Assembly (NCBI RefSeq): GCF_963921235.1
Contig: NC_086097.1
Location: 67,086,001-67,150,000 of the forward strand
DNA: 64,000 nucleotides
Reading direction: 5' to 3'
Origin: Mobula hypostoma
Lineage: Eukaryota
Shown here: piece after piece, positions 61,455 through 64,000 of the stretch
How positions within the stretch are numbered: position 1 is the stretch's first letter
Layout: the number at the start of each line of letters is the position of its first letter
Notes under the pieces: generated by a model
The model's database searches: none
Told to the model about the DNA's origin: nothing
What the model saw: only the letters and a program-made list of their open reading frames with translations
Position numbers and translations under genes: made by a program

Positions 61455-62529
61455 GTAAAGGGATTAAATTTAAGATGAAAACTGAGCACTTCTGTTTTCT
61501 TATATTGTGTTGTACAGTATATAATTGGTGTAATAGTTTTCTGTTTAATTTTATTGGTTACCAACAGCAATGTAATCCTTCAAAAATCACAGCACATGCT
61601 GCCTGAATTTTTCAGGTGCTGCTACAAAAATCATGAGTGACTGACATACTGTATGCAAACCACTTGAAGTGAGGATGCTCAAATTTCATTTCAAGTGCTA
61701 ATGGTCTATGCTTGTGTTGCATCATTATTAAAAGTTTTCATGTTCTTATACTTTTTCTTAGACTATAGAACATTACAGTACAGGTCAAGATGTGCTGATT
61801 CCAAGATTACTCTAACCCTTCCCATATAGCCCTTCTTTTATCCATATATCGAAAAGTCTCTTAAAAGTCCTTAATATATCTTCATCTACCACCACCCTGA
61901 GCAGCGCATTCCATGCACCTGTCACTCCCTGTGTGTGTCCGCCTTGTACTATTCTCTGAACATGTTGGTTATTCGCTTAAGTTGTTATTTAAGAATTATG
62001 ATTTTGATCAACAAATTTAAAATAACTTTAAAAAATCTCATTATTTACAGATTGTGATCTGCAAAAGGAAATTAGTTCACATTTTAAAAAATCATTATCT
62101 TCAAATGTAAAATAAAAATTCAAGCTATTTGCTCTTGATCTGAAAAATGCCATAATATAATCTTTAGCTAAACTAAAATTCAATTCTGTGCTCATCCTGC
62201 CACACATGCCCCTTAAACCATTCTGGATTGATTTCAACATTATTATGTATTTTCAAGTATCTCATGTTTTGATTTGGATAATAAGTCAGTAAGAAACAGT
62301 TTTCCTCTGAGTTGGAATACTGGGGAGCCCACTCCAGGGACTGGAGCTCAGAAATCCAGCTTGGCCACCTAAATGCATTATGGCAGAAGTGTTACTTGTC
62401 AGGTATGCTGCTTTTGGAAGGAAATGGTTAACTGTTCACTCCCTCAGTCGGGCACAAGATTCCCAGGCACTAGAACAGCAGGGGTGATGTGCTTGGTGCA
62501 GTCTCGATCAACATCACATGTAAATAGTC

Positions 62530-62670
62530 ACATTGCTGTTTATGGAAGCTTCCTCTCTTCAATTGGTTAATGTTTCCTACAATGCAACAGTGATTATGTT
62601 TAAAACAACTTCATTGGTTGCACAGTGCTATGGGATGTTCTGTGTTGTCAAAGGAGCTTTACAATGCTAT
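62530..62670 (+). mobile_element. Deu-SINE 3' fragment
   Basis: CATTGCTGTTTATGG...TTTCCTACAATGCAACAGTGA...CTTCATTGGTTG...GGGATG follows the recalled SacSINE1/AmnSINE1 3' region. Confidence 0.55.
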
Positions 62671-63028
62671 TTTTTTTTAAGTCTGGCATATTCTGATACA
62701 GGATTGCTCCTTATTTCCATTTATCCACTGGAGAGTGATCTGTTCCATTAATCCTCCACTTCCTTGCTCTCCCCTGCATTTAGAGTACTCCAAAAACATT
62801 TCTCTTAAACTTTGCCAATGCCTTGTTTTGATCCATTCCTACTTACTGCCCTTTATCAACACTATTCATTTTTTGACTGTAAATGCAGGTCTGTTATGTT
62901 AAAATTCTTGGCAATTATGCAAGTCAGCTTTATGCTAATGGTTTATTGCACCTACCATAAGTTTCCTTTTTCTCTTTAAAACATTGCAAAGATAAATTGT
63001 GACTTACAATGTGCTTGTATCCTTGCAG

Positions 63029-63139
63029 AGTACTCTACCTAATTTCAAACAAGATGAATTTTCTGTAGTTCGTCAGCATGAAGAATTTGTCTGGCTTCAT
63101 GATGCTTTTGTTGAAAATGAAGAATATGCTGGCTATGTT
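63029..63139 (+). CDS. SNX6: Sorting nexin-6 coding exon 4 (gene continues beyond window)
   Basis: TTGCAG|AGT acceptor and GTT|GTAAGT donor; 111 nt; STLPNFKQDEFSVVRQHEEFVWLHDAFVENEEYAGYV. Confidence 0.96.
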
Positions 63140-64000
63140 GTAAGTGTTTTGGAAATGGAATAGTTAATTATTACAAAGAAAATTATTTATCTTGCTATCA
63201 TGTTTTTAACTGGGCCAAATTTAAAGGTTATATAAATCTACTGATACACGCTACCCTTCAAACCGTGATTCATCATTGTACTTTTGGTCTTGTAGTCTGA
63301 ATGTTTACAGGTACACTTAGCTGAAAGGTAAATACATTTGCTCAGGCTGCACTGGAACCTGATGTTCCTGCAGCAGTGGTTTGGGATTGATTAGAACACC
63401 GAAGCAATGTGCAGTGTTTAGCTGCGGGGGCTGGGGTGAACCGAGCGGCTGATTAGACTGGGATGTGGGGTCCTGGGACGTGCCCTGGTTGCCATGGCAG
63501 CAATTGAGCTGGTTGTTAAAAGAAATGTCTGGGCGGGGGAGAGCCATGCGGCTAAACAAAGAGGGGGAAATGGTAGCATCCACTGCATTCTACAGAAAGT
63601 AATGATAGAGGATCTGTTAATAAGTGGAGCAGGTGCTGCCTGTTCTCATGGCTCCTACTGGTGCTGCACTCACTGCACTGGTCAGGGTGGATTCTGCATC
63701 TTGGTGCTAAGCAGCAATATCAGTTGTCATAGCCCTCACAAGTAGCTATAGGACTTTGCCACATGGTGTGGTATAGAGTGAGCTTCTTAGGTAATGAAAG
63801 TATGAACTATCCACTGCTCTGGGAGTGCCAGTGGGTAACTGAACTTTCAGGTTCGTGACAGAGCGATGGAGAGGGCAGAGGTTAGTGCCGGATTCTCAGA
63901 ACAACAGTGATGTCTGTAATGTATTGTTATTTATATAATTTTTATAATGACTTTTTAGTGTTGAATCCATTAATGCTAATTATCACCAAGTGAGGTATCA

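Overview
Vertebrate genomic DNA, most likely a cartilaginous fish. This is inferred from the CR1/HER1-like LINEs, V-SINE, Deu-SINE, Rex1/Babar and abundant Penelope-like repeats. It holds two + strand spliced host genes: a complete cofilin-2 (CFL2; 4 coding exons, 3202-5182, 170 aa, apparently with a 4-aa C-terminal extension) and the first four coding exons of sorting nexin 6 (SNX6; 49565-63139, continuing past the window end). Each has a CpG-rich promoter. The rest is a dense, nested transposon graveyard. It includes a full-length two-LTR Gypsy element with a PNMA-like gag (21876-31549, minus), two other decayed Gypsy elements, CR1, Rex1/Babar, RTE and L1 fragments, SINEs and a hAT MITE. The most striking signal is a young Penelope-like (RT + GIY-YIG) family whose terminal repeats carry an ultra-minimal hammerhead ribozyme motif (AGTC-CTGACGA-stem II-GAAACGTC-GACT). 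It occurs in at least 7 copies, including ORF-less palindromic and ~100-bp mini insertions with clear TSDs, and three copies lie on the sense strand of SNX6 intron 2. All calls are by eye; comparisons with known proteins and repeats are from memory, not database searches.
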